The position numbers were made by a program, and so were the translations under genes. The notes beneath the pieces were generated by a model. The model did not search any database, was not told the origin of the DNA, and saw only the letters and a list, made by a program, of their open reading frames with translations. A stretch of DNA of 63,862 nt, counting the filler, from Octopus bimaculoides (taxonomy: Eukaryota): NCBI RefSeq assembly GCF_001194135.2. It is 7 parts of 6 records of this genome, joined end to end, with 100 filler letters (N's around TTAATTAATTAA, not from the genome) between each part and the next. Parts side by side here need not be neighbours in the genome. Positions count along the whole stretch, not along the records: positions 1 to 18,714 come from NC_069004.1; 6 more parts are not named here. One strand, 5' to 3'. The first letter of the stretch is position 1, and each line of letters starts with the position of its first letter. Positions 1 to 13,700 of the stretch are shown here, piece after piece.

Positions 1-1493
1 TTAATAAACCCGAGTTCTTAACCGTTTGAATTTCGCAAAGTTCGAAAAAGTCCACCGTTTTCTTCTTCAGGTTTTTTTTTTTGTTTAAAGACCAGACTTT
101 AATTTTAAAGTTAAACTAGTTTCGAGTATCTTCTTAAAACCATTCTCGTGACTAAAAGCAATTGTGTGTGTGTCCTTCCATTTAAACATGTTTTTAAAAA
201 ATTCAGGTGTTTGGAGTTATGTCACAAATAACTCAGCTCCATACACTTTAGAGAACTGAGACCCAAATTGAGGGAATTCTCTACAATAGGGTCGGAAATT
301 ATCTACTGAAAACCAAAGACTAATTATTTTCGATGTGTATATTTTAAGTATCGAAGAGTACAGTTCTGCAATATACTTTTGTGGTTGAAAGTGAAGAGGT
401 TTTTGGGTGTTTTTCCGAAAATTCTTTATACAACTGTAGGCGCAGGCGTAGAAAGAAGTTTGCTTCCCAACCACATGGTTCCGGGTCCAGACCCACTGCG
501 TGGCACATTAAGCAATTCTCTTCTACTATAGCCCCGAGCGACTAAAGCCTCGTGAGTGAATTTGGTAGACGGAAACTCGAAGAAGCCTGTTCGTGCATAT
601 ATATTGGGTTATCCCATAAATAATGCAGTCTTTTATACTTTTATTTCTCAAAATTAAGATAAAGTTCTTTTTTAATCTAAGATATACTCTCCTTAATTTT
701 CTACAATACTCTTCCATCTACCTGGTAGATTTGCAAGGCCTCTCTTCCAAAATACTTATGCCAGAGGAACCGTCTCTCGTGTACTGTTTCGTCTCTAAAA
801 CTAAGATTTCTTAATTGGTTTGTTAATATTAAGGTTTCACACAAGGCCAACCCCCGAGGTTCTTTAGATTCTTTCAGTATATTGTCTCGGGTTTGTAGAT
901 GTCTCCAAAATATATATTCTTTCTCTTTGCTTTCCTACTTCCTTCGGCTTTCTTTTAGGAGGTAAAGATAAGTTGTTTTTTTTCTAAGGTGGAGTTTTAC
1001 AATAGTGTTCCTTCAAATTCTCATGGGAACGGAAAAGGGTAGGTTTTGGATTTTTTTGTTTCCTTTAAGTAATCTTCTGCCTCAAGCAACGTAAATAACG
1101 TTTATCGATTAAGTTGTTTCTTCCGAAAATTTCAATTTCTAAAAAGTTTTTCTTCTTCATTTCCGTATCCACTTCTTTTCCCATGAAGTGTGGGACTTCG
1201 AAAGGTAGTCCTTCCATAAATTCTGCCATCTTTAAATAGATTTAAATTTGTTTTTTGTAAATGATTGCAGAGTGAAAATTTACAAATAAAAGCTTATTGT
1301 TGTTGAAAGTTCTCAAACGATCTCGGGTCACGTAGTCAGCAAGTGATTAATTATTAACCAATTAAGACATAATTTCAAACGACAACTATCCGTGTAAATG
1401 TTGAGAGACGTGTACAAGCTCTTATTGACTACGTTTCTCGCAAGCATTTTGAGAAATTTCAAAAAGGGTTTATTATTCCCACCAAAGAGGGAA

Positions 1494-2355
1494 GTATTTT
1501 TGAAATGGGTTTATTTAAATAAACATTTTTTAAATTTTATCAAAAATCAAAGATTGTAATGAAAAGTAAAAAAAGAAAGTTACTACTGTTTTTGCAACAA
1601 TAATGTTTCATGTTGAATCAACAATCATTCATTCATTATTGTAATAATAGCATGAGAAAGCAAAATGCTTTCAATTCTGTCGGTATACAAGTGGCCCTCA
1701 GGAAACTTTCTGTGATTAAAGTGGCCTGCAATGTGATTCGAGTTGGCCAGGCCTGGTTTAGCCAGTTAAGGGCAAACAGTGACGCGCACAATTTTATAAA
1801 TAGCACACGTTACAAAACGTGATGATGAATTATGTTTCATGCGGCCCACTTCTGGAAAAAGGTTGTCCTTGCCTGGTTTAAGTTATGAGTACTGTTTGAC
1901 AAAATGATGAAAGTACAGTAAATTTTTATATTAACACCCGCACGATTTTCACTAAGAAAAAAAAAAACTCAGACTTTTTGCGTGGAATCAAGTACCCTGA
2001 CCTCCTAATATGCTGCAAATCCCTTGTTTTGGTTCGGATTATTTTGATTCCATCCCGGAATCATTGGAATTTTTTTTTTTTTCGTTGAATGAATTCCTGT
2101 GGCCTAATATGCTACAAAACCCTTTTGGGGGGTCCGAAAAACGGGGTGGGGTGAGGTGGAAGCCTCGGAAATTTCACCCCCACCCCAACTGATATTTTCA
2201 CTCGTACGATTTTCCCTAAGGAAAAAAAATAAAATTTAAAATTTTTGATAAAATTTTTTAAATGTTTATTTAGATAAACCCATTTCAAAAAAGTATCGAG
2301 CAGGCCGCAAGATAAAAGTCTGCGGACCGCATGCCTCAGGTTGGTGGGCCCTGAA
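1494..2355. mobile_element. hAT-like MITE debris with an internal inverted repeat
   Basis: About 53-bp inverted repeat 1494-1547 / 2241-2292. hAT-style ends (gcggaccgcatgc...gggccctg, atgcggccc...gcctg) near 1770, 1880 and 2350. Confidence 0.45.
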
Positions 2356-3446
2356 CTAAACTGAAGTACATCTGAGGGACCTTTTCTGTTCGGCTGTCAC
2401 TTTTCAATTCCTTCAATTTTTGTTCTGATTGATTTCATATTTGGCATGGAAAATTACATCAATACACCAAATTCTAAAATGTTCACAGATGTAAACCAGG
2501 CAAAAGATCTCATCTGGATCAAAACAAATCCGAGACTGCACTCCATGCTCTTACATAAAACCTATCATACTGTATCGCAAGAAACCCTTGTTATTGTGAC
2601 TGAGGGGTCATAGGTCGACACACACTCCCTGTCTCCCAAACGGTCACCCTGGAGCACACATGGTCAGTCTCACTTAAAACAGAATTCCTCAACTGACAAT
2701 ATTCAAGATTGAACTCACTCCCTACTGAGATATCATTGGTTCAAATCACACTAAAAGTTTCACGTTATGTCTGTGGTCTATAATTAAAGACCCTAAGATA
2801 TTATAAACACTGAAGTGTTGAGCCAGGGAGGAACCCTCTGTGCTGTCATTGAACCTGCTAGAAATGACAGCCAAAAAAATTCAAAAATTACACCCATCTT
2901 CAATTGGAAAAGACACTCTGGGGAATGACATGCAGGGGTGTATGAAATATGTAGGGGGTAAAAACACCAAAAGATGGGATGGTTATGACCTGAATGCCTT
3001 TTTGTTCATAAGCGTGCTCTGTTAGGGTTGATTTGGGGTTGCTCAGACAGCTTGTGGTGCTGATCTGTGAGGCGAAGGTGCGGCGATAGTACTAAGGAGT
3101 GTTTCATAAGTTGTGGCAGTTGACACCATTTCACTAATATTGTTTTTTTTCATATTTTTACTTCACCCGAACACACACACACACACACACACACTTCCCA
3201 ATGACTCAACTTCAATTTAAAGCAGTAGTTCTCGAGGGAGGGGACGTGGGGGGTCCATAAGACCATTGGGTGTCCGTTATAAGATTTTGTTTATGTTTAT
3301 GAGTAATAAATTGCTTATATTTCTCTAATAGACATTGGGTTGGGAAGTAAGAAGCTTGCTTCCCAACAACATGGTTCCAGGTTCACTCTCATTACGTGGC
3401 ACCCTGGGAAAGGATTTGGTAGAAGGAAACTGAAAGAAGTCCGTCA

Positions 3447-3663
3447 TATATATATATATTTATATCTATATCTATATATATATGTATATGTATATATATA
3501 TGGATATATATATGTATGTATATATATATGGATATATATATGTATGTATATATATATGGATATATGTATGTATATATATATGGATATATGTATGTATATA
3601 TATATGGATATATGTATGTATATATATATGGATATATGTATGTATATATATATGGATATATGT

Positions 3664-3700
<37 letters not shown>
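3447..3700. repeat. TA-rich higher-order minisatellite inside SINE A
   Basis: GG landmarks at 3502, 3530, 3558, 3582, 3606, 3630 and 3654 (periods 28, 28, 24, 24, 24, 24). Confidence 0.9.
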
Positions 3701-3703
<3 letters not shown>

Positions 3704-3764
3704 ATTTTAATAGTTATCGCCAAGCCAACATGGCAATCCCAAAAATAGGACGAATGCTGCCGTT

Positions 3765-4600
3765 GATTAGAAGCATTAGTGGGACTCCTACCTTCAGAAA
3801 AAGTTTATGTGGAGGAATTCCAGGTGGCTCAAGAGAATAAAGGAACTCTGTTGGGTAATGGACAGCTTGATTTTTATCAAGGACTGAATCAACTGATTTG
3901 TACTTCTTAATGATTGTTGGAGTCTTATTCATTAATTCAAGGTTAATTCTTGCTACTGTCTCATTTTTTGGAGTAAGAATTGCCATTTCACACAACCATG
4001 TATGTGAATTATAATTATTACTAAAGTCTGGCAGTACCCTGTTCTTCAATTCAGCTGGGGAATTCACCATGATAGCAATATGAGCCAGACTGTTATCACC
4101 ATTCCCAGCAAATGGTACTCTCCCATTTCCTAATTAGAGGAACCAGGTTGAAAACTGGTTTGCACATTGGTCCCCATGTAATGAATCTCACACATTAGTA
4201 TTGAAGGAGAATTTCAATACTTTATTCCATAGGTGTGAAGACTTAATGCATGCTTTTATTTCATCAGATCTTGTTCGTCTTGGAATGACTGGTAATGTCT
4301 GTCTGAAGCCTCCTGATAAAACTAATGTATCTCTTCCCATAGATTTATTGTTGCCTCTGATGTCCTGTAAGGTATTACCAAGAGCTTCCATTGCATTTCT
4401 CTGTGACATGGTACATTCTTCCCAAATGATTCGGTGGCATTGGCACAACGCTTCTGCTGAACCTGAATCATTGCTTATGTTACAAATTAGTCTGTCACTT
4501 GTGACCAGGTGTGGTGGTATTTTAAAAGCAGAATGAGCTGTTTGTCCTCCTGGGAGAATGGTGGCAGCAAAGCCAGGCAATGGTACAATATCTGCAGTTT
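3765..4600 (-). mobile_element. Helitron RepHel PIF1-type helicase fragment (degenerate)
   Basis: AATILPGGQTAHSAFKIP, IIWEECTM (motif II, normally DE), LSGGFRQTLPVI (GDFRQ), [40 protein letters not shown]; broken across frames. Confidence 0.85.
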
Positions 4601-4800
4601 TTTTGTTTTTTTTGTTTCCTTACTTTTGCTGCACCACATCATATGTGTCCCTGATGAAAGGCCTTCCTCCCCACAAAATTTTGTTGGTTTTGAATTGTCA
4701 TCAATGCTTCTGTACCTTTGCTGTTTTTTTTTCTAGATAGGGGTGTTGGTCCTACACGATTCCACTTTTTACCTCTGGGAAGAGGGGAAGATCCATATTA

Positions 4801-4898
4801 GTCTGGTCCCTGTCTTTTGACCTGTCCAGCATGGGAAGAAACCCCTACCAGGGACTTGCACCCCACTAGCAGAGCTTTCCAGAGTCATTGGGTCACAC
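4801..4898 (-). mobile_element. RTE/Expander-type 5'UTR remnant
   Basis: Minus strand gtgtgacccaatgac..agct..ccctggtagggtttcttcccatgctggacaggtc..agggaccagac resembles the conserved RTE/Rex3 5' segment as I recall it. Confidence 0.45.
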
Positions 4899-6168
4899 TG
4901 GACATCACTAGGGACTGGACTTTGCAGTGCAGTTATACAAAGAATCTTTTTTAGAAATTTCCACCTGTTCCAACAAACCTGTGTGTGTCAGTGTGTCCCA
5001 CTTTGACTGCGGGCTGGACAGGTGGAAGGTCTCAATGGTGTTACAAGGGTTTGTAATTATGTCCCGAAAGGATGGTGATAATGAGGTGTACATGGTATCA
5101 AATGGTGAAGGTGAGATTTTAGTAATTGATGTTATTGGTGATGGAGGTGTATATAAGATCATTAAGGTGGGAGATTAGTGGTATGGTGAAAGAGAAATTA
5201 GGGGTCAGGCGTTTAACGTCTGCTTTCCATGCTGGTATGAGTTAGATGGTTTGACATGGAGCTGGCCAGCTGGGAGCTGTCTCGGTTCCAGTTGTCTTTT
5301 GTGGCATGGTTTCTACAGCCGGACGCCCTGGAAATGAGAAATAATTTAATAACCCTTAATTAATATGAAATTCTAATGGAAAATTTTAATTTAGATCACT
5401 TCAACCCTTTTGTTACCATATTTCTGTTGAAATACACTGTCTTTGTTTCAATTTAATTTTGAAAATAATGAAGAATTTAGTCAAATAACTTTGCCATTAT
5501 TAATCTGGTGCCATAGCAAGAACCTTCTCTGTCTTAGCAGCTGACAATTGAGGGCAATCCTGTCATTTTGTAATCTTTCTAGCCACTGAGCTGTGGCAAT
5601 GCAGGACACTGCCCCGAACAGTTTGGTTGAACAGGTCAGCCCTGCTATTTCGGATGTTTTTAAAGTCTGTTACTTATTCTATTAGCCGTTTTTGCCAAAC
5701 TGCTAAGTTGTGGAGACATAAACAAACCAACACCAGTTGTCAAGTAGTGGTGGGTGACAAACACACACATACATGGCAGGCTTCCACACAGTTTCTGTCT
5801 TTCAAATTCACTCACAAGGCATTAGTCAGTCTGGGGCCATAGGAGAAGAAGTTTGCCCAAGGTGCTACACAGTGGAACTGAACCTGAAGCCATGTGGTTG
5901 CAAAGCAGGCTTTTTAACTACACGGCCATAAGTTGCTAGTTGTACTGATGCAGTACAGAACACACACGGTAGCTAACTGTAAGTAGAGGAGTGGCTCCTG
6001 CCTGTAGTCGCTTTATATACTAGAAATAGCAGCCAAATCTTTGAAAAAGAAATAATGTTTATTAGACTGTTTGAATAACCTGAATGACTTTCTTTCTTAA
6101 TCTTCTCAATCAAATGTGATTTGAGGATTAAACAACAACATCCTTCTCATAGAGGATTACCATGTTAA

Positions 6169-6358
6169 CCCTTTTGATGCTAGCCCACCTGAAACCACCC
6201 CTGGTTCTGTGCGAAACCTTCCATCAAAATTTCATGTTAATCTATGTTCCAAACGCCAGCTTAACAACAACAAAGTTATTTTAGTAAATTCTTCATTATT
6301 TTCAAAATTAATTGAATCAAAGACAAAATATTTCAATGCAAATATGGTAACAAAAGGG
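6169..6358. mobile_element. piggyBac-like MITE
   Basis: TTAA at 6165-68 and 6359-62; termini CCCTTTTG...CAAAAGGG. Related partial units at about 5360-5510 (inverted) and 6362-6750 (split by a SINE). Confidence 0.6.
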
Positions 6359-6982
6359 TTAAAGTGATCCAAATTAAAATCTTCCATCAAAATTTCATAT
6401 TAATTTATATTCCAAACACCAGCTTCATAATCCTTTCTACTATAGATAGGCACAAGGCCTGACATTTTGAGGGGAGGGGGGTCTAGATGATTGCAGCAAC
6501 CCCAATGCTCAACTGGTACTTATTTTATTGACCCCGAAAGGATAAAAGGCAAAGTCAACCTCGGCGGAATTTGAACTCAGAACACAAAGACAGATAAAAT
6601 GCCGCTAAGCATTTTTGCCCGGCACACTAACAATTCTGCCAACTTGCCGCCTTAAACACCAGTTTAATAATGACAGTTATTTGACTAAATTCTTCATTTA
6701 CTAAAAATTAATTGAAGCATTTCAAGAGAAATATGGTAGCAAAAGGGTTAGGTTGCCATCAGATGTTAAAATACTTTCTCTTTCTCTTTCCTTCTTGCAT
6801 GTTTTTTTTTCTTTTTATCTCTACTCTTTCCCCCCCTCCCCCTCTCCTATTATTTTCATCTGTACTTCTTCTTTTGCTCTTTCTGTCTCGTACTCTTTCT
6901 CCTTCTCTTTCTCCCTACGTCTCTCGTATCTCCAAAGAGACTGTTGTTAGTTTTACACTGATAAAAGAGAAAACAGGTGGTG

Positions 6983-7014
<32 letters not shown>

Positions 7015-7159
7015 GCAGCAGCAGCAGCAGCAGCAGCGACTGAAGCCAGAGTAATGAACCAGGCAGGTTTGGTTGCAACACGGAAACGCTGTCAGTGCTT
7101 ATCTTGCCGTCCGTCTGCCTGGCTGCATGGCTGCCTGACAAACTTTATGCTGCATTATT

Positions 7160-7173
7160 GTAACCATGGCAAC
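7160..7173. promoter_or_regulatory. RFX X-box motif GTAACCATGGCAAC
   Basis: Fits the GTNRCC-N(0-3)-RGYAAC consensus, in apparently unique sequence. Confidence 0.4.
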
Positions 7174-8242
7174 GACCGCTGCAGTCAGTATCACCATAAT
7201 AATTAAACTCGCTGCACTAACATCACTGAGGTTCGTCACAAAGCTGATGGATTAGCTGGGTAGCTCACTGGTAATTATCTGGATATCCACACCGTCCACA
7301 ACACAAGGAACGATGGTGGTGGTAGTGGTGGTTGGTTCTGGTTTCTTCTAGCTTTGAAATGGATAAATCTTTGTCTGCTGGATGGGGTACCAACCAGATA
7401 CCCAGTTACAAGCAACTTTCCTTTATGTGCTGTCATCATCATTTAACGTCCATTGTCCATGCTGGCATGGGTTGGACAGTTTAACTGGGCTGGCATACTC
7501 GAAGGCTGCCCCTGGTTCCAGTCTGATTTGGCATGGTTTCTACAGCTGGATGCTCTTCCTAACACCAACCACTCCGAGAGTTTAACGAGTGTTTTTACGT
7601 GCCACCAGCACGGGTGCCATTTGTGTGACACTGGTATCTGCTACAACTACGATTTTACTTGGCTTGATGGGTCTTCTTCTCAAACACATTATAATGCCGT
7701 TTGTGTATATAATGTGTGTATATATGAAATGTATGTGTGTATATTATGTATATAATACGCATGTATTTTGCATGTATATATGGAATGTATGTTTATAACG
7801 TGTCTGTTTTATGTATATAATGCACATGTATTTGTGTATATGTATATAATGTGTGAATGTGTGTTTATATATGGAATGTATACATGTAGTGTATATGCAT
7901 ACATTGTATAGGTAGTGTAGTCTATGTATGAAGTTTGGGTCGTGTAATATAGGTATGAAATGTAAGCTGGTACTATGTGCTTGAAATATAGGTGTATTAT
8001 GTATGTTGTAAGTATTGTGTTGTGTGTAGCTATGCAGTCTATGTGGTGTGTGTATGTAATGTAAAATGCAAGTACATTAGTGCAAACAAAGAGAAATGAG
8101 TACTCAATGAAGTACAGTGAAATATCAGATATTATTTGAAAGCTTATATTTAGAGTTTGACTCCATTGATTTCCGATTTTGACTTTCATCTTTCAGGAGT
8201 CAATAAAATAAAATGTCAGTCATGTATGTATATATATATATA

Positions 8243-8273
<31 letters not shown>

Positions 8274-8303
8274 TAGCCACTAGACTTTCATTTGTTGATC
8301 TTA

Positions 8304-8353
<50 letters not shown>

Positions 8354-8714
8354 CATATATTGTTTCAGGCATTGAACTATGGCTATGCTGGAGTGCTGCC
8401 TTGAACGGTTTACTAGAACAAATCAACCCTAGAACTTTTTAAAGCCTGGTACTTAATCTATCTGACTCTTTTAGCCAAGCTGTTAAGTTACATGGATGTA
8501 AACAAACTAACACTGGTTGTTAAGCAGTGGCGAGACTCACAGAAACAAGTACATATCTATATCTTTCTGTCTATTTAATATATACACACAACAAGCTTCT
8601 TTCAGTTTCCATCTACCAAATCTTTAGTAGAGAACACTTGCTCAAGGTGTCATGCAGTGGGACTAAACCCGGAGCCATGTGGTTGAGAAGCAAACTTCTT
8701 ACCGCACAGCCACG

Positions 8715-8749
<35 letters not shown>

Positions 8750-8759
8750 GTCCATGTTT

Positions 8760-8794
<35 letters not shown>

Positions 8795-10049
8795 TTCTGG
8801 GTTCAGTCCCACTGCGTGGCACCTTGGGCAAGTGTCTTCTACTATAGCCTCGGGCCGACCAAAGCCTTGTGAGTGGATTTGGTAGGCGGAAACTGAAACA
8901 AGTAAAAGAGTAAAAGAGAGTATCTNNNNNNNNNNNNNNNNNNNNNNNNNNNNNNNNNNNNNNNNNNNNNNNNNNNNNNNNNNNNNNNNNNNNNNNNNNN
9001 NNNNNNNNNNNNNNNNNNNNNNNNNNNNNNNNNNNNNNNNNNNNNNNNNNNNNNNNNNNNNNNNNNNNNNNNNNNNNNNNNNNNNNNNNNNNNNNNNNNN
9101 NNNNNNNNNNNNNNNNNNNNNNNNNNNNGTGTTGTTAGTGTTATTATTCGTTGTGTGGTGGCGGTGGTAGTGGTGGTGGTGGATGATCGTCATCGTTGTT
9201 GTAGCAGTGAGGGTTCTGTTTAATTATACGCTAATGTTACGGTTCATTTTGTTCACGGTCCAGTGAACACAGCAACTGTGTGGGTGTGGAGGGAGTCAGT
9301 ACCAACTGTTATGAAAGTTTTTTTTGTTTAATCTGTTTTTTTTTGTTGCCTATTTGTGTTGTTTTTGTAGAGAAAGGACACTTGTTAAAACCATCTCTCG
9401 TCTGTCTGACCTTTCGACGAACTATCGGTCTTTCGTTCTCGTCACGTGTTTTACTGTCACATGATCAAAGAGCTGTCTAACCAACCTCACACCACCCTTG
9501 GGCAAGAAAAGTTTTCTAATTTAGAAATTCTTTGAAGGAAGCGGTTTAGTCGATAGCATCGACCACAGTACGTGACTGGTGTTTGATTTTAACGAACTCG
9601 GGAAGACGAAAGGCAAGGTCGACCTCGGCAGAGTTTGAACTCGCAGTTGGAAGAAGTCCAACGCCGCTGACGATTCTGCCAGATCGTCGTTATGATGTTG
9701 GTTGTGATGATGATGACGATGATCAGTTCTACTATAAGCAAAAAGCTTTAATTTTTTTTTTAGGTCTGGGTGGGGGTAAGTCGATCGTATCGGCACTAGT
9801 ACTCGACTGGTATTCTGGAATTTACTTTATCAATACCGAAAGGACGAAATGCAAAGTCGACCTCGGCGGAATTCGGACTCAGAACGTAAAGACGGTCGAA
9901 ATGCCGTTAGGCACTTTGTCCGGCATGCTAACGATTCTGCCAGATCAAAGTAATAATACACAGATGACTACAGCTGGCAGAATCGTTAGCATAAAACTGT
10001 AACGTCTCCCCCCCCCTCTCTCTCGCTCAACAGCTACATTTGTGTGTAT

Positions 10050-10760
10050 GTTTGTGTGTGTCTATTTGCCTCCAGTGCTAAAACGTACGGTCGCCGAAAC
10101 AGGTTGAATATTCAATCAACCGCGCCTAAACAGCTGCGCCTAATAATCTCATTCCAGTGATTTGAGTGAGATTACGGTACAATTTCTCCTATCAGGCAAC
10201 CACACCGAGGCATCCTCGTTAGCTCGCTCAAGCTGTAGAGCACGCATGGACAACCTTTTTTTCGAGTTGCGAGTCACGGGAGACAGGTGGGCCACACTAA
10301 TAAAAAGAGAAAAAACCCGCAGGTCACAATTTGTTCATAACTGATATCTCGAATGTACAAGATATCCGAGGTGTTTCGCAGTGGGTTTGAACCTGGGGCA
10401 TCATGATTGCGAAACGAATTTCTTAACCGTTCAGCTAACTCAGCTTTGCGTATATGTTGACACACAGACAGACATCCGGCTGGTGCCACCAGACCAGATC
10501 GGAAACGTGACATGTCGCGCATATTATCTGCTGGTTACCGGATCTATCGATAAACGTTCGATTAACTAACTCCGTGTGATAAACCTACTGAAGCAGAACA
10601 GATCGAAGCGTGGTTGGCTGGCTGGCTGGTAGGTTGGTCGGTTGGTTAGTTGGGGGTGGGGGGGGGGATATTTAAGTGATATGGTCAGTAATCAATGAAG
10701 GAATCGATAACCGTTACCATAGCTACGACTGTTACGTCACCAATATTAACAACAGCCATC
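10050..10760. promoter_or_regulatory. CpG-retaining promoter/enhancer-like unique segment
   Basis: High CpG density relative to the window; TATCGATA (DRE-like) at 10545-52. No transcript evidence. Confidence 0.3.
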
Positions 10761-13700
10761 ACATCCATTATACTACCATTATACTGCTTAGAAGTTATAT
10801 ATATATATAGATATGCGTGTATGAATATGTATATAATGTATGGGTGTATATGTATGTGAGTAATAAATTATTTAAGCGTATACATACATATATATATATA
10901 TATGTGTATGTATATACTTTATTTAAAAGCAGCAGAAATACAACAAAAGACTGTTACTCGGAGTAAATTTTAGTTAAACGACTCGACCCACACCATTGTT
11001 TTCAAAGCCTGGTACCTATTCTATCGGTCTCTTTTGTTAAACCGTTACGTTACAAGGACGTAAACAAACCAACACCGGTAGTCAAACTGTGTGCGTGGGG
11101 GGGGGGGACAAACATAGCCAGAAAGACGCTCACAATTAAATAGATATACGACGGGCTTCTTTCAGTTTCCGTCTACCAAATCCACTTGCAAGACTTTGGT
11201 CGGCCCGAGGCTATATATATATAGTAGAAGACTCTTGCCCAAGGTGCCACGCAGTGGGACTGAAACCGGAACTATGTGGTNNNNNNNNNNNNNNNNNNNN
11301 NNNNNNNNNNNNNNNNNNNNNNNNNNNNNNNNNNNNNNNNNNNNNNNNNNNNNNNNNNNNNNNNNNNNNNNNNNNNNNNNNNNNNNNNNNNNNNNNNNNN
11401 NNNNNNNNNNNNNNNNNNNNNNNNNNNNNNNNNNNNNNNNNNNNNNNNNNNNNNNNNNNNNNNNNNNNNNNNNNNNNNNNNNNNNNNNNNNNNNNNNNNN
11501 NNNNNNNNNNNNNNNNNNNNNNNNNNNNNNNNNNNNNNNNNNNNNNNNNNNNNNNNNNNNNNNNNNNNNNNNNNNNNNNNNNNNNNNNNNNNNNNNNNNN
11601 NNNNNNNNNNNNNNNNNNNNNNNNNNNNNNNNNNNNNNNNNNNNNNNNNNNNNNNNNNNNNNNNNNNNNNNNNNNNNNNNNNNNNNNNNNNNNNNNNNNN
11701 NNNNNNNNNNNNNNNNNNNNNNNNNNNNNNNNNNNNNNNNNNNNNNNNNNNNNNNNNNNNNNNNNNNNNNNNNNNNNNNNNNNNNNNNNNNNNNNNNNNN
11801 NNNNNNNNNNNNNNNNNNNNNNNNNNNNNNNNNNNNNNNNNNNNNNNNNNNNNNNNNNNNNNNNNNNNNNNNNNNNNNNNNNNNNNNNNNNNNNNNNNNN
11901 NNNNNNNNNNNNNNNNNNNNNNNNNNNNNNNNNNNNNNNNNNNNNNNNNNNNNNNNNNNNNNNNNNNNNNNNNNNNNNNNNNNNNNNNNNNNNNNNNNNN
12001 NNNNNNNNNNNNNNNNNNNNNNNNNNNNNNNNNNNNNNNNNNNNNNNNNNNNNNNNNNNNNNNNNNNNNNNNNNNNNNNNNNNNNNNNNNNNNNNNNNNN
12101 NNNNNNNNNNNNNNNNNNNNNNNNNNNNNNNNNNNNNNNNNNNNNNNACATAGACCGTAGTTACATCGTGGGAGAACTAATTTTCACTATGTAAAACAAT
12201 ATAGAAATATATTCACTTTTCGTTGAGTTTTTTTTTTTTTTTAAATAGTAGTGTCAAAATGTAGTGTCAAAAAAAGTTTCGTTGCACTCCTGCGACCTGG
12301 TCACAGACACACTTCCCCTGCACACACATATACACTGAAGCACACATATATGTAATTACATAATGCTGAGAGCAAGGGCAGGTGCCATTATAGATGTCTC
12401 TGTCTCCCAGACGAATCGATTTTATCCTCAGAAGAAAGACCAGATACTTGAAATAGACTAAGCTCTGCCAAAGGTACCCAATGGTAAGTCGGAAGTGTAC
12501 AAGTGGCCACAGAATTTTTATATATGAAGCATGAGAGTTTGTTCATAAGACAGTTACATCATCTTACGTACGTTTCATTAACAAAGGACGGTCCCCAGTT
12601 ACATAATGTAAATTAAATAATCCAATTACATTGTCAAGTCTTCAGAAATGCGTATCTCGCAAAGAAATTTAAATATAATTAACACTGTGTGAGAGAGAGA
12701 GGGGGAGGCACACCCTTGACCACTTACCACGCGCCTCCACACGCACATATAAAGCAGCTTTGCCTTTATGCATGTTTCCTTTCGTACACGAGGTTATGTT
12801 CAAGTTTTAGTTTTTATTTTATATCTTTATGTTTCTTCTTAGCTTTTTAAAATTCGTTTAGAACAGACTTCCCAAATCCATATCCGACGTTTCTAGGTCT
12901 TCACAGTTTCATTAAAAGTTAATCATAGTCGTGCATTTAATATAACATGAATACACCCAACCTGTATGTTTGTATGTGTGTATATATATATCGCATTATA
13001 ATGAAGATGGAGAATTATGCATCTAAACAGACTTTTGCTGTTTGGCGCCACCAAAATGAACAATATTATCGTCAAAGGCGTGGAATTATGGTTTTTGGAC
13101 GATGGCTGACGAGGAAAGAGAATGTCTACGTTTTGTTTGTGAATTTTCCATGTTCCTTCGTCATCGTTCTGTGCAATTTTAATCTTATATATATATATAG
13201 TGTGTGTGTGTTCGACTCGGTTCTGTGACTTAAAATTTCGTGAGGCGACCCTATTTTAGTTATCTCGTCTCACAAGCCCACGAAACCTTGTCGTGGAACT
13301 AAGTAAAACTGTGATTAAAAAATTTATATTCCTCTTACGAAATGTGTCGAGTGCCACTCTCTTTTGTTTGTCCAAAACTTGTTTCTATCTCCTGTGTTTG
13401 TGTGTACGCATATATCACACACACACAGATAGACATACATACACGCGCGCGCGCGTATTAAATAACACTAACCCTTCCCCGATAACATTTTATGCCCTGT
13501 TAACACAAAATTCAACTATTAATAATTTATCTAGTTCGTTTCGTCTAGTTTTTAAAATAACCTTTGAGTGGCGACAACAATCAAATAGTATGTGTGTGTG
13601 TGTGTGTATGTACTTCTATATATATATATATATATATATATATNNNNNNNNNNNNNNNNNNNNNNNNNNNNNNNNNNNNNNNNNNNNNNNNNNNNNNNNN

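Noticed and set aside
4908-5178. 83-84 aa ORFs on both strands
   Set aside because: At best a very decayed PLE linker (SFRDII..ETF..) on the minus strand; too weak to call and not a host gene.
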